Of a stretch of 64,000 nt of DNA, positions 1 to 11,468 are shown piece after piece (position 1 is the first letter of the stretch; each line of letters begins with the position of its first letter). Below the pieces are notes generated by a model. It was given only the letters and a program-made list of their open reading frames with translations. It searched no databases and was not told where the DNA came from. Origin of the DNA: an uncultured Actinomycetes bacterium. GTDB taxonomy: Bacteria > Actinomycetota > Thermoleophilia > Gaiellales > JAICJC01. The DNA lies in NCBI GenBank assembly GCA_963723785.1, contig CAVRSB010000004.1:31662-95661 (forward strand), given 5' to 3'. The translations under genes and the position numbers were made by a program.

Positions 1-467
1 GCGTTCTCGAGCCCCGCCTTGGCGACGTCGTAAGCGACAGTCCCCACCGCACCCAGCCGGGCGTGCACGGATGTGACGTTCACGATCCTCCCGTACCCGC
101 GCTCGACCATGCCGCGGGCGACGATCTGCATCAGAAACACGGGAGCGTCGAGATTGACCGCCAGCACCCGCCGCCACTCGTCCCGCTCGAACTCGAGCAC
201 CCCTGCGCCGGCAGGGATCCCGGCGCAGTTCACCAGCACGTCCAGCGGCCCCAGCTCGGACTCGATCTGCTCCACCGCCGCCTGGAGGCCGCCGGCGTCA
301 GCGAGATCGTGGGTCACCCAGCTTCGCGCAGCGCTCTCGACAGGCTGAGCCTCGACATCGATCACACCGACCGCGGCGCCCTCGGCCGTGAGCCGATCGA
401 CCACCGCCCGGCCGATCCCCATCGCCCCTCCGGTCACCAGCGCGCGGCGTCCATTCACCAACGACAT
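1..467 (-). CDS. short-chain dehydrogenase/reductase, N-terminal part (3' end lies beyond window start)
   Basis: Not in ORF track (edge-truncated). Reverse translation from ATG 467-465 gives MSLVNGRRALVTGGAMGIGRAVVDRLTAEGAAVGVIDVE with a TGxxxGxG Rossmann motif. The start overlaps the stop of the upstream ATPase gene (TGATG). Confidence 0.8.
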   Translation of the reverse strand, partial: MSLVNGRRALVTGGAMGIGRAVVDRLTAEGAAVGVIDVEAQPVESAARSWVTHDLADAGGLQAAVEQIESELGPLDVLVNCAGIPAGAGVLEFERDEWRRVLAVNLDAPVFLMQIVARGMVERGYGRIVNVTSVHARLGAVGTVAYDVAKAGLEN

Positions 468-1261
468 CAATGCTCCCTCTCAGGTGTGTCGCGACGCGTC
501 CGACCCGCCCAACCCGGAATCGACTCGACCAGCGACTGAGTGTACGGGTGACCGGGCGCCTCCAGCAACTGGTAGGTCGAGCCTCGCTCCACCACCTGGC
601 CTTCCTTCATCACCAGCGCCTCCTCGGTCATGTACCGGATCACCGCGAGGTCGTGGGAGATCAGCACCAGCGCCAGCTCGCGCTGGCGGCGCAGCTCCAG
701 CAGCAGGTTCAGGATCTGTGCCTGGACCGATACATCCAGCGACGAGGTCGGCTCATCGGCGATCAGCACGCTGGGCGAGCAGGCCAGCGCCCGCGCGATG
801 CCGACCCGCTGGCACTGGCCGCCGCTTAGCTCCCGCGGCCGGCGGCGCATCGCATCCTTGGGCAACCCGACTTGGGTCAAGAGTTCTCCCGCTCGGTCGC
901 GCGCCTCGCGCCGGCCGAGGCCCTCCCAGTGCTCGAGCACCTCGGCGACTGCGTCCAGACCCGACATCCCGCCGTTCAGCGAGCCATACGGATCCTGGAA
1001 GATCATCTGAACATTTCGGCGCTGCGCGTCGGTGCGGCGGACATCCTTCCACGCGCGTCCATCCACCAGCACCGAGCCCGAGCTGGGATGAAGCAGCCCA
1101 ACCAGCACCCGCCCGAAGGTGGTCTTGCCCGAACCACTCTCGCCGACGATCCCCACCGATGTCCCGGCATGCACGTCCATGGTGGCGTTCTCGAGTGCCG
1201 GCGTGGCTGCGCCGGGGTAGCGCACCCCGGCTTCAGACGCGGTCAAGATCGGCTGACTCAC
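467..1261 (-). CDS. oligopeptide/dipeptide ABC transporter ATP-binding protein (OppF/DppF type)
   Basis: ORF 467..1303. Walker A GESGSGKTT, signature LSGGQCQR, Walker B LLIADEPTS. Start trimmed to GTG 1261, preceded by GGAGG. Confidence 0.9.
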   Translation of the reverse strand: MSQPILTASEAGVRYPGAATPALENATMDVHAGTSVGIVGESGSGKTTFGRVLVGLLHPSSGSVLVDGRAWKDVRRTDAQRRNVQMIFQDPYGSLNGGMSGLDAVAEVLEHWEGLGRREARDRAGELLTQVGLPKDAMRRRPRELSGGQCQRVGIARALACSPSVLIADEPTSSLDVSVQAQILNLLLELRRQRELALVLISHDLAVIRYMTEEALVMKEGQVVERGSTYQLLEAPGHPYTQSLVESIPGWAGRTRRDTPEREH

Positions 1262-1299
1262 GCGCCACCTCCTTCCAGCGAATGCACGCGCACGCCTGC

Positions 1300-2217
1300 T
1301 CAATGGCGACAGTCTCGAGCGGCGGCGGTGCCTCTTCGCACGCCGGCCGGCAGAACGTGCAGCGCGGCGCGAACCGGCACCCCACCGGAAACTCGCCCAC
1401 CGCCGGCGGGAGTTCCGGGGATCCCGACCAGCGGCTGGCCGGACAAGACGCTGGCGGGACGGGCAGACAGGAGCGCCTTCGTGTACGGGTGGGTGGGATT
1501 TCCGATCACCGCTTCGGTGGGTCCGGTCTCGACGGTCACGCCGGCGTACACGATCGCCGTGTGGTCACTGGTCTCCTCCACCACCGCCAGATCGTGGGTG
1601 ACGAGCACCAGGCTCATCCCGGTTTCACGCCGAAGCCCCGTCAGCAACTCCAGGATCCCCCGCTGGACGGTGACGTCCAACGCAGTGGTGGCCTCGTCGG
1701 CGACCAGCAGCCGCGGCCGACCCGCGATCGCAAGCGCAATCATGATGCGCTGCCGCATCCCGCCCGAGAGCTGGTGTGGGTATGAGCGAAACACCCGCTC
1801 GGGATCTGACAGCTGCACGCTTTCGATCAGCTCCAACGCGCGTGACCTCGCCCCCGCCCTGCCGTCGAGATGGCGCACGGTCTCGACCAGCTGGTCGCCG
1901 GCACGCATCAGCGGATCGAGCGATGACAGCGAGCTCTGCGGAATCAGCGCCACCTCACGGCCACGCAGCTTGGCCCAGTCGGCCTCGCGGGCGGCGCCCA
2001 GATCGACATCGCCAAACCGGGCCGAGCCGCGGGTCACGGACCCGCCGATGCGACCCAACGTGCCGGTCAGCGCCCGGCAGGCAACCGTCTTGCCCGACCC
2101 GGTCTCACCCGCGATCCCGATGCAGCCGCCCTCGGGGAGCTGAAAGCTGATATCGCTCACGACCTCTTGCCCCCGAATGGCAATCGCCAGGTGTTCAACC
2201 GACAGTGCCCCGGCCAT
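1300..2217 (-). CDS. oligopeptide/dipeptide ABC transporter ATP-binding protein (OppD/DppD type)
   Basis: ORF 1300..2217. Walker A GETGSGKT, LSGGMRQR, LLVADEATTALD. Confidence 0.9.
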   Translation of the reverse strand: MAGALSVEHLAIAIRGQEVVSDISFQLPEGGCIGIAGETGSGKTVACRALTGTLGRIGGSVTRGSARFGDVDLGAAREADWAKLRGREVALIPQSSLSSLDPLMRAGDQLVETVRHLDGRAGARSRALELIESVQLSDPERVFRSYPHQLSGGMRQRIMIALAIAGRPRLLVADEATTALDVTVQRGILELLTGLRRETGMSLVLVTHDLAVVEETSDHTAIVYAGVTVETGPTEAVIGNPTHPYTKALLSARPASVLSGQPLVGIPGTPAGGGRVSGGVPVRAALHVLPAGVRRGTAAARDCRH

Positions 2218-3120
2218 TCAGGACTCCCTGCCGCCGACCAGCGCGTCGGCGATCAGGCTCGCTGCCAGGCCGGTCAGCGCCAGCGCGATGCCGGGGAAGA
2301 CGATGATCCACCAGGCCGTCTGAATCACCGTGCGGCCCTCGTACATGATCGCGCCCCACTCGGGTGTGGGCGGCTGCACTCCGGCGCCCAGGAACGGTAG
2401 CGAGGCGGTCACGATGATGATCAAGATGGCGTCGCTGACCGCGTACGTGGCAGTGGTCTTGAACACCGTGGGCAGCAGGTGGCGGCGCACGATCCGCGAG
2501 TGCGAGAACCCCAGCAGCCTGGCGGCGTCGATGAACTCCCGGTTTCGCAGCGCCAGCGTCTGTGCGCGCGCCAGGCGCGCATACAGCGCCCAGCTGGTGA
2601 GAAAGATGGCCACGAACAGCGATGGCAGGCCGGCCGGGAGCGGCCCCACCGTGCGATCCACCCCGAACACCACCACCAGCGCCAGCACCAAGATCACGAA
2701 CGGGAAGGCGACGATGGCGTCGATGATGCGCATGGTGATGATGTCGGGCCAGCGCCGCGCCGATCCGGCCACGACGGTGCCGATCAGCGTGCCCAGCACC
2801 AGCGGCACCGCAACCCCCACCAGCGCGACGAACAGATCGATGCGGCCGGCGGCAAAGACCCGCACGAACAGATCGCGGCCGAACGAGTCGGTACCGAACA
2901 GGTGAGCGGTCGACGGGGGCTGGTCGGGAGTGGCCACCAGCGCGTCGGGGGAGTACCTGCTGATCACAGGGACGATCGCACACAGCACCACGATCACCGC
3001 CAAAAGCACCACTCCAGCGATCAGGCTGCGGCGGCGATGGGCACCGACCACGCCTCCGCGCAGGAGGCGCCAGCGGCCGAGTGAAGCGTCAGCGAGAGTT
3101 GAGGATGCGGGGGTCGACAA
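2218..3120 (-). CDS. ABC transporter permease (DppC/OppC type)
   Basis: ORF 2218..3120, multi-TM, BPD-transporter-like core. Abuts the ATPase start. Confidence 0.85.
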   Translation of the reverse strand: MSTPASSTLADASLGRWRLLRGGVVGAHRRRSLIAGVVLLAVIVVLCAIVPVISRYSPDALVATPDQPPSTAHLFGTDSFGRDLFVRVFAAGRIDLFVALVGVAVPLVLGTLIGTVVAGSARRWPDIITMRIIDAIVAFPFVILVLALVVVFGVDRTVGPLPAGLPSLFVAIFLTSWALYARLARAQTLALRNREFIDAARLLGFSHSRIVRRHLLPTVFKTTATYAVSDAILIIIVTASLPFLGAGVQPPTPEWGAIMYEGRTVIQTAWWIIVFPGIALALTGLAASLIADALVGGRES

Positions 3121-4069
3121 GGGCGTAGATCGCGTCGGTTGCGAAGTTGATGAACACCACGAAGATGGCGGTCAGAAGTGCGACTCCCTGAACCACCGGG
3201 TAGTCGCGGGTGGCGACGGCGTTGACCAGGTCGGTGCCCACACCGGGCAGCGCGAACACCGCCTCGATCACCACCGCGCCGCCGATCAGTGCGCCCATGT
3301 TGAATCCCAGCAGCGTGATCACCGGCAACACGCTGTTGGGCAGCACATGCCGAAGCGTGACGGTGCGGCTGGGAAGACCCCGAGCGGTGGCCGCCTCGAT
3401 GAAGTGCTCGCGCACGGTCTCGTGGGCGGTCTGGCGCACCGCCCGAGCGGTAATCGGGATCAGGTAGGCGGCCAGCGCCAGGCTGGGAAGCCAGACGTAT
3501 CTGGCGTTGTCGGGCCAGCCTCCGCCCCAGCCGCCGGCCGGGGCGAGCCCCGCATCCAGCGACACGAACAGCAGCAATAGCAATCCGACGAAGAACGGCG
3601 GCATCGACAGGAGCAGCACCGAGGAGGAGCGCACCACCGTGTCGACCGGGCGGTACCGGCTGAGGGCCGCCCACAATCCCAGCGGGATACCCAGCAAGAT
3701 CGCAAACAGCACGCTGCAGGCCACCACAGACAGCGTGACCGCGAAGTCCGGCAGGATGATGTCTGCCACCGGACGCCCGCCGAGCACCAACGAGTTACCG
3801 AGATCGCCGTGGGCAAGCTGATTCACAAAGCTTCCGAACTGACGCACCAGCGGTTGGTCGATCCCCATCTCATGCCGCAGCGCGGCCAGCGTCTGGGGCG
3901 TGGCTCTGGTGCCGAGGATCGTCCGCGCAGGATCTCCCGGCACCAGGTGCACGAGCAGAAATGTGATCACCACGACCGCGGCGATCACGCCCAGCAGCTG
4001 GACGGCGCGACCGGCAAGCCGCGCCGTCCAGACTGCGAAGCGCCGGTCAGCTTCCGGCCGGCTGGACAT
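3089..4069 (-). CDS. ABC transporter permease (DppB/OppB type)
   Basis: ORF 3089..4282 trimmed to internal ATG 4069 (MSSRPEADRRF...). The upstream Arg/Pro-rich extension overlaps the binding-protein gene and looks non-coding. Confidence 0.85.
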   Translation of the reverse strand: MSSRPEADRRFAVWTARLAGRAVQLLGVIAAVVVITFLLVHLVPGDPARTILGTRATPQTLAALRHEMGIDQPLVRQFGSFVNQLAHGDLGNSLVLGGRPVADIILPDFAVTLSVVACSVLFAILLGIPLGLWAALSRYRPVDTVVRSSSVLLLSMPPFFVGLLLLLFVSLDAGLAPAGGWGGGWPDNARYVWLPSLALAAYLIPITARAVRQTAHETVREHFIEAATARGLPSRTVTLRHVLPNSVLPVITLLGFNMGALIGGAVVIEAVFALPGVGTDLVNAVATRDYPVVQGVALLTAIFVVFINFATDAIYALVDPRILNSR

Positions 4070-5608
4070 CGTAGAAGCTCGACGCCCCGAGATAGACCCA
4101 GTCTTGGGCCAGCCCGGTTCCGTTGATCTGCGACAGACCCACCAGCGGGACATACGGCATGTCCTTGGCGAAGATCTGACTGACCTGCGACAGGGCGTCG
4201 GTTCGAGCGGCGCCCGCTGAGGCAATCGCGCGGTTGGCCGCCGCATCCATCTGAGGCGAGTCGTAGCCCGAGAACAGGGCATTGATACCGCCGTCTGAGA
4301 TCAGGCCGTAGGTGAGCATCCCGTCCGGAATGTCCACGTAGTCGTACAGCGAGTTGACCTCGAGCTCGAAGGTACCGTTGCCTTCGGCCTCACCCGCAAC
4401 CGACGGGTCGACCTGCTGGATCGAGGCGTTGATCCCGATCGCCTTGAGGTTCTGCTGCACCACGACACCGGCGCGATCGGCGTAGTCCAAGCCGTTACGC
4501 AACATCAGCTTGAGGTTACACCCGTTCGCGCAGGGGGTCCCGGCCAGCAGGCTCTTGGCCTTGTCGATGTTCTGCTGAGCCGGGAATGACGACTGGTAGC
4601 AGCACTGGAACGTCTGCGGGAAGAACGCGTCCGAGATCGAGCTCTTGCCGGAGAACGCGATCTGGTTGATCTGATCGCGGTCCATGGCCAGACTGATCGC
4701 CTGGCGCACGTTGGTGTTGTTGAGCGGTGCGTTTCGATTGTTGACGTACAGGTACACGGCGCCGTACAGCGGTGTGATCGACGGGCGCAGGTTTCCGGTC
4801 AGCTGCGGGATCACCGATGACGACAGCGAATCGGCGATGTTGAGCTCGCCGCCCTTGAGCTGTACCAGCCGGGTATTGGGATCGATCACCGTGACCAGCT
4901 TGATCGTGTTCACGGCCGGCTTGGGGCCCCAGAAGTTCGGGTTCTTGACCAGCGTGATGTCCGACCCGTCCCACGACTGGATCTTGTACGGCCCGGCCGA
5001 GATCGGATTCTTCAGGAACGTCTTGGTGTCCGCCATACCGCTCGCCGGGAACACCAGGAATGCGGGTTCTCCGAGCACGGTGGGAAGCGACGGATAGGTG
5101 GACTTGAGGTTGAAGACGACGGTGTTGGCGTCCGGCGCGGTGCACCGACTTGACCGGCGCCAGCAGACCGGCGTTGACGTTGGCGGCGTCGGCAAGCTCG
5201 CGCTTGAAGGTGGCCACAACGTCGGCGGAGGTCAGTGGCGAGCCGTCCGAGAACTTCAGTCCCGGCCGTAGCCGGAAGGTCACTGACAACTGGTCGGAGG
5301 CAACCTCCCAGGACGACGCGAGGCCGGGCTGGAGGGCGCCGGGCTTGCCCGGGATGGTGGTGAGCGTGCCGCTCAGCAGGTGCAGCGCGTCGAGGTTCGA
5401 CGGCTCCAGCGCCAGGTCAGGGATCGAGGTTCGAGACCTTGAGCGGCAGGCCGATCGTGACCGTGGCCGGCGCGGGGTTGCCGGTGGCCGGTGCCGTGGC
5501 CGAGCTGGCGCTACTGCTACTGCCACCCCCGCAGGCGGTCACACCGACCACCGCGAGCAGCGCCACCACGGCACCGACAGCGCGGGTCAATCTTCGAGAC
5601 GTCTTCAC
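4047..5608 (-). pseudogene. ABC transporter substrate-binding lipoprotein (family 5 peptide/nickel type), reading frame interrupted twice
   Basis: Three collinear pieces. 5417..5608 holds the lipoprotein signal (MKTSRRL...VGVTACGG). The 4516..5526 frame holds the middle (DLALEPSNLDALHLLSGTL...). 4047..5219 holds the C-terminal 390 aa. Junctions near 5419 (CCC run) and 5143, each fixed by removing one base. Confidence 0.85.
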
Positions 5609-7012
5609 TGGAGTTCCCTTTCGTCGTGGGATGAAGGACTGAGAACGAGACGCGCGACACCGTCGATTACACGGGCCGAGGCATCGGGAAGGAACGGCGA
5701 GGCATCGACCTCGTAGCCACCCTCCGCGAACTGCTCATAGGCCGGCAGGTACCCGACCGAGTCGCACACATTGGTCGCGGTGATCACGTGCACCGGCTGG
5801 GCGGCGGCCTGGAACGCGTGGTCATAGGCGCCGGAGAGCTCTCCGGGCCAGCCGACCAGCGCCAGCTCGTCGCCCAGCCGGATCACCACCGGGCGGGCCC
5901 GGCCGGTGTCACCGTCGGGGAATCGCTCGGCCAGATCCTGCTCGATCAGCGCCCGCTGAAGATCCACAGACGCCGACTGATCACCTGCGCTGACGCGCTC
6001 ACGAGCCTGCTCGGCGCGGTGCCGGGCGACGGCGGCGATCGAGCGGCCGCAAGGGCAGATCGAGCTCGCTCACCCGCACCGAGACGTCGACGTCCGGTCG
6101 CTGCGGCAGCGAGGCTCGGGTAATGCACAGGGCCGCGCCGGATTCCCTCACCTCGACCGGTTCGATCTCGAGCAGCGCCTGGCGGCTCTCGAGCAGTGCA
6201 GCCACAGCCGCGTGCCCGACCGCCCTGCCGACCGCGTCGGCGTCGGCCACCTGGTTCGAGAACCCCGCGGCCGGCGCGCGGTCTGCGCCGCAGCCCTGCA
6301 GGAACAGTGCCGGCCCGCCGGTCTCACGCTCGACCACCTCACGCAGCTCGGCGATGTAGTCGGGAGAGACCAAGAAGTTGCCCCACGCCAGCACGGTGGG
6401 ATGGCAGCCAAACGCCACCACGGTGGCGAAGCTCGAACCGTCCTCGGCGAGCAGATCGACCACGTCCAGCGTCTCATCCGAGGGCACATCGGAGACTCCC
6501 ACCAGCCGGCGGCCGAATGCCTGTTGCCGGCGCGAGCGCGCAATCGCACAGGGGACGCGGGTCGCGATTGCCCGCACCGGTCGGCACGCGCTCGCCGCCG
6601 CGACCGCGATCCCGGGGATCTCGGCCATCAGCTCGGCCCGCCGCTCGCGGGCGCTGCCGTCGGGATCCCACGGCGCCAGGTAGGTCTCGTCCAGCGACAG
6701 CCCGCTGTGGGTGTGAGACGCCGCCAGGAACACCGCCGCGGGATCGACTCCCACGGCCGCGCCAACCTCCTCCGCCACCGAGGCTCCCAGGTCGGTGGGC
6801 CAGCTGACCGTGTCGATTGCGATTACCACCGCCGCGGGGCCGGTATCCAGTTGGCCGAGTACCAGCGCCGTTACGGTCAGCGGCTTGTGCACACCGGTCG
6901 ACGTCTGGGTCGCGCGTGCGCCCCACGGTCCGATCGGCATCCCGGCGGTGACCCGGTGCGGCGCGCGCGCGACTCCCGCCAGCAGGCTGCCGGTGACGGT
7001 TCGCCGCGTCAT
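5605..7012 (-). pseudogene. neutral/alkaline ceramidase-like hydrolase family protein (weak call), frame interrupted once
   Basis: ORF 5999..7531 trimmed to ATG 7012 (ATGA overlap with upstream stop), continued by ORF 5605..5967. SHTHSG motif. Junction near 6000-6060. Confidence 0.45.
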
Positions 7013-7800
7013 GACCGGCCTGCCGAGTAGTCGTGCAGCACGCGTCCCTCCGTGAGTGTGAAGTCGGTCCGCCACAGGAACCCGTCCAGCGGTTCTCGCA
7101 CCGGCAGCCGGAACACCGGGGCCTGCGCATTGGGGCGCAGCTCGACGGTGCAGGGGCCGGTGTGACACTCGGAGACCTGCACGTCCTGCAGCCTGCGGGC
7201 GGTCAGCTGACGGATGGCGAGCGATCCCTCGATCGACGGGATCAGCTTGAGGTTGATGTTCTCGCTGAAGTCGTAGTGCGCGAGCATGTCCTTGTGCGGA
7301 CACGCCCGCTGCTTGTACGGCAGGGTGGCGGTGAGCACCTCGATGCCGTTGCGGGCGACCCGGCCGACAACCAGGTCGCCATGCGTCTCGAGGCTCACCT
7401 GGGCGAGCTTCTTGGGCTGGCCGTGCACCTCGCGGCCGTGGGCCACCCCCTCGGGCGAGTCGAGGTACTGGGCGGTGGTGTAGCCACCGATCGTGTCGGC
7501 TCCCAGCCGCACACCCACCATCACGTTGCACTCGTTCACCTGCCCCATGAAGTCGACGTCGGGCATGCGATAGATGTGGGCTACGACCACGTCGCTGATC
7601 ACCTCGAGGGGCGCCGGCACCAGCTGCTCAATGGCCTCGCGGTCGCTGCGGTAGCAGACGGTCAGCACCGTGACGTCACGAAAGCCGACCGGGAAGGGAG
7701 GCACCGCAGGCGCGTCCCACGGCGTCGACCAGGCCCGCTCCGGGATGTCGGCTCGCTCGACTTGACTGGGCCGCCGCGCCCCTCTCCACAACTCGCTCAT
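7009..7800 (-). CDS. acetoacetate decarboxylase (ADC) family protein
   Basis: ORF 7009..7800, 263 aa. Size and sequence pattern typical of the ADC family. Stop overlaps the downstream gene start. Confidence 0.6.
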   Translation of the reverse strand: MSELWRGARRPSQVERADIPERAWSTPWDAPAVPPFPVGFRDVTVLTVCYRSDREAIEQLVPAPLEVISDVVVAHIYRMPDVDFMGQVNECNVMVGVRLGADTIGGYTTAQYLDSPEGVAHGREVHGQPKKLAQVSLETHGDLVVGRVARNGIEVLTATLPYKQRACPHKDMLAHYDFSENINLKLIPSIEGSLAIRQLTARRLQDVQVSECHTGPCTVELRPNAQAPVFRLPVREPLDGFLWRTDFTLTEGRVLHDYSAGRS

Positions 7801-8798
7801 GGCCGCCCCGATCGGAGAGCGTCGACGTATCGTGGATTGACGATCGCCTGAGGCCGGCGACCGGCCAGGAAATCCACCGTCTGGTGGGCGGCGCGCACCG
7901 TCAGGTCGGCCAGCGACTCGGGGGAGTACCAGGCTGCGTGCGGGGTCAGGATCACGTTGGGTGCATCCCGCAAGGGGCTCGACTCCGACAGCGGCTCGTG
8001 CTCGAACACGTCCAGGCCGGCGCCGCCGACGTGCCCCGAGAGGAGTGCACGGGCGAGTGCCTGCTCGTCGATCAGCCCGCCCCGGCAGGTGTTGACGATC
8101 AGGCTCCCCGGGGGGATCAGGGCCAGCTCCCGCTCGCCGATCAGGCCGCGTGTCTCCGGCGTCAACGGAACGTGCAGGGTGAGCACATCGGCAGCCAGAA
8201 GCGCTTGCTCCAAGGGTGCGGTCGCATACCCGAGATCGCCGATGTCGCCCAGCGGGACGTACGGGTCACTGACGATCACGCGGAAACCCACCGAATCCAG
8301 GATCCGAGCCACCCGGCGGCCGATCCGACCGAATCCGAGTACCACCGCTGTCATGGCCGACGGCCGGCGTGCCAGCGGTGCATGCTCGATCGGCTCCCAC
8401 TGGTTTCGGCGGATGCCCGCGTCGAGTGTGGGCAGGCCCCGAGTGCCGGCCAGCACCAGCGCGGCTGTGTGCGCCGCCACCTCCTCGACGCAATAGTCCG
8501 GTGTGTTGGCAACCGCGATGCCGTGACTGGTGGCGGCGTCCAGGTCGATCATGTCGAGACCGATTCCGATGCGGCTAATGAACTCGCAGGTATCGAGCGA
8601 GTCGATCACCGCTGCAGTGATCGGCGCCCACTGCACGATCAGCGCCCGCGCGCCGGTGGCGACGTCGAGCACGTCCTGCGCGGTCGCGCATGATGCCCGG
8701 ACGACCCGGTATCCGGCGTCGGAAAGCACATTCTCGGTCGCATTTCCGGGAAGATCCGAGTCGGTGATGACAATCAGGTCACTCCCCATCGGATTCAT
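7797..8798 (-). CDS. D-isomer-specific 2-hydroxyacid dehydrogenase (NAD-binding)
   Basis: ORF 7797..8888 trimmed to ATG 8798. NAD fold GFGRIGRRVARIL, RGGLID, HAAW near the C-terminus. Confidence 0.85.
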   Translation of the reverse strand: MNPMGSDLIVITDSDLPGNATENVLSDAGYRVVRASCATAQDVLDVATGARALIVQWAPITAAVIDSLDTCEFISRIGIGLDMIDLDAATSHGIAVANTPDYCVEEVAAHTAALVLAGTRGLPTLDAGIRRNQWEPIEHAPLARRPSAMTAVVLGFGRIGRRVARILDSVGFRVIVSDPYVPLGDIGDLGYATAPLEQALLAADVLTLHVPLTPETRGLIGERELALIPPGSLIVNTCRGGLIDEQALARALLSGHVGGAGLDVFEHEPLSESSPLRDAPNVILTPHAAWYSPESLADLTVRAAHQTVDFLAGRRPQAIVNPRYVDALRSGRP

Positions 8799-9471
8799 CC
8801 TCGTCGGAGACCAACGAATGATCGACGCGCGCGGCGGCGATCTGGATGTGCTCGGCCATCTTGGCCTTGGCCCGTTCCGGGTTACCACTGAAGATGGCGT
8901 CGATCAGCTCAACGTGCGAGGCGGTGTGCGCCACCAGCTGGCCCTGCTCCAGCAGATACGTGGCCCGGCGCAGGAAGGCGGCGATCCGCCCACGCAGGCC
9001 CTCGACCAGCTGAATCAGCGTCTGGTGATCGGTGGCCGTCCACAGCCGCTCGTGGAACTCCCGGTCGAGATCCGCCACCCGGTCTCGGTCGCCCTTGACC
9101 GCAGCGGCGGCCATGGCTGCCGCCACCGCCCGGAGCTCGTCCTCGGTGCCGGGCGGTGCATGCGTCTGGGCGCGCACCGCCACCAGCTGCTCGAGCACCA
9201 CCCGCACGCTGGAGATCTCCTCCAGCTCGCGCCTGCCCAGCGAGGCGACCCGGGCTCCCCGCCCGGCGGCGCGCTCGACCAGGCCGTCGTCACTGAGCCG
9301 TGCCAGCGCCTCGCGCACCGGGATATGGCTGATGTGGAACTGGGCTGCGATCCGGCGCTCGACCAGGCGGGTACCGGGCTGCAGCGATCCGTCCTGGATG
9401 GCCGTTCGCAGCTGCGTGTAGGCATCGTCCGCGACGCTTTGACGAGACAGCGGGCGGAGCGGCTCTGTCAC
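8779..9471 (-). CDS. GntR family transcriptional regulator (FadR/FCD subfamily)
   Basis: ORF 8779..9471. N-terminal winged HTH (ERRIAAQFHISHIPVREAL) plus a helical FCD-like C-terminal domain. Confidence 0.85.
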   Translation of the reverse strand: MTEPLRPLSRQSVADDAYTQLRTAIQDGSLQPGTRLVERRIAAQFHISHIPVREALARLSDDGLVERAAGRGARVASLGRRELEEISSVRVVLEQLVAVRAQTHAPPGTEDELRAVAAAMAAAAVKGDRDRVADLDREFHERLWTATDHQTLIQLVEGLRGRIAAFLRRATYLLEQGQLVAHTASHVELIDAIFSGNPERAKAKMAEHIQIAAARVDHSLVSDEDESDGE

Positions 9472-9578
9472 AGCGCGGGCCGCATCACGGATGGGTTGCC
9501 ACCAAGCATGGCGCTAGATACTATAGCGAAATCCAGCAGCGGTCAAGGGCCGAGAACACCGGCTTCGAGAGGAGATCC

Positions 9579-10353
9579 ATGACCCCCAACAGGGCCCGTA
9601 TCGCAGTCGTCACCGGGGGTGCCTCCGGGATCGGGTGGGCGATCGCCTCGCGGCTGGCGGCGGAAGGATGGACGACGGTGGCGGCCGACATCAACCCCGG
9701 CGAGACCGCCCGCGGTAGCGACCGGCGTCGTCTACCGAAACCTCGACATCCGCGACCGCGACCAGGTCGACCAGGTGTTCACCGACATCCGCAGTAGCGA
9801 AGGTGGGCTGGATCTGCTGGTCAACAATGCCGGCATCCAGATTCACGGCCGAACCGAGACGCTCAGCTGGGAGACATGGTCGGCGGTAGTCGACGTCAAC
9901 CTGCACGGGACATTCAACTGCCTCCAGGCCGCCGGCCGAATCATGCTGGCCGACGGTGCCGGCTCAATCGTGAACATCGCATCGGTGGCGGCCGCCCGCG
10001 GCGCTCCCGGCCGTGCTCCGTACGCGGCCACCAAAGCCGCGATCGTCTCACTCACCCGCACCGCCGCAGTGGAGTGGGCCGAGCCGGGGCGTGCGGGTAA
10101 ACGCGGTCGGGCCGGGCTACGTCGACACCGGGGTGTTCCGGGAAGGCCTTGCCAGCGGGGAGCTGGACGAAGCCGCGGTGATGGGCGCGGATACCGATGC
10201 GGCGGGCCGCCGGCAGCCGACGAGATTGCGGCCACCGTCAGCTTTCTCGCGTCACCCCAAGCGTCCTACATCACGGGCCAGGTGCTGTACGCCGACGGCG
10301 GCTTCCTGAGTGACTACGGCATCCCCACCACCGCGCTGGATCCACCTCCGTGA
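9579..10353 (+). pseudogene. short-chain dehydrogenase/reductase, frame interrupted three times
   Basis: Pieces in ORFs 9579..9797, 9619..10353 and 10013..10309. TGGASGIG, NNAG, YAATKAA motifs. Junctions near 9710 (CCC run), 10085 and 10200. Confidence 0.85.
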
Positions 10354-11468
10354 TCGACCCGATCGCCGCCATCGAGGTTGGAACCGCCCGACTCGACCTG
10401 CCCGCGCCGATCCGGATCGCGTCCGGCGAGATCCGCTCGCGCGAGTACGCAGCCGTCCGAATCACCACCGAACAGGGGCTTTCGGGGAAGGCGTACTGCC
10501 TGACCCGCGAGGCGCCGGTCGCGGCTTGCGTACAGCAGCTGGTCTCGCCGGCGCTGATCGGCAGCGACAGCGCCGATCCGGAGGCGGCATGGCGGCACGC
10601 GTCCCGGGCCACGATCATGCCTGGCCGGGTGGGTCTGGTGGTACGGGCGGTGGGATTGGCGGACATCGCCCTTTGGGACATCGCCGCCCAACGCCACGGC
10701 GTGCCGCTGTGGAAGCTGCTGGGGGCAGAGCACAGCCGGCTAGCGGTGATGTCGGTGGCCGCCTACCCCACCCCTGACCGAACACCCGAGTCGCTGGCCG
10801 AGGACGTGCTGCGAAACGCCGCCGCCGGCCATCGCCTGGTGAAGATCGCCCGCGACCCCGACCCCGCCCGCATGGCCCAGCTGTTGGAAGCGCTGAAAAC
10901 GCCGCTTCCGGCCGGGACGGGGCTCGTGATCGACGCCGGCTACGCCTGGGCGGACGCGGCCTCCGCCATCGCCGAGGTGGCGCTGTGGGACGCACCGGAA
11001 CTGGCCTGGCTCGAGGATCCGCTCGTCCCCGAGGACATCGAGGGTTACGGCGCCCTCAGCGAAGCGTTGCCGCAGCGGATCGGGGCGGGCGACGAGCTCA
11101 GCTCGATACCTGGTGTATCGCGACCTGCTGCAGGCATCGGCGCTGGACGTGCTGCGGCTCGATCTCGTCTGCATCGGGGGCGTCACCCCCGCCCGTGAGG
11201 TTCTGCAGCTGGCCGAGCACAACGGAGTCGAGGTGTCGTTCCACGTCTACCCCGAGATGAGCGCGCACGTGGCTGCAGCCTCGGGAGCCTTGATCGAGTC
11301 GTTCGAGCGCGATCTCCCCGGCGGCAACCCACTGCGACCCGGCCGACCGGCTGATCTCCGGCGGACCCGCCTTCGCTGCGGGCTCAGCGGTGATCGGTGA
11401 CCGGCCCGGGCTGGGGTTCGAGCTGGACTGGGAGCTGCTTCTCGATGTCGCCCTCGCCGGTGCGATGA
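10350..11468 (+). pseudogene. mandelate racemase/muconate lactonizing enzyme (enolase superfamily) protein, frame interrupted 2-3 times
   Basis: ORF 10350..11198, then 11113..11400, then the head of 11390..12424 (DRPGLGFELDWELL, a typical family C-terminus). The likely true stop is TGA 11466-11468, overlapping the next ATG. Confidence 0.75.
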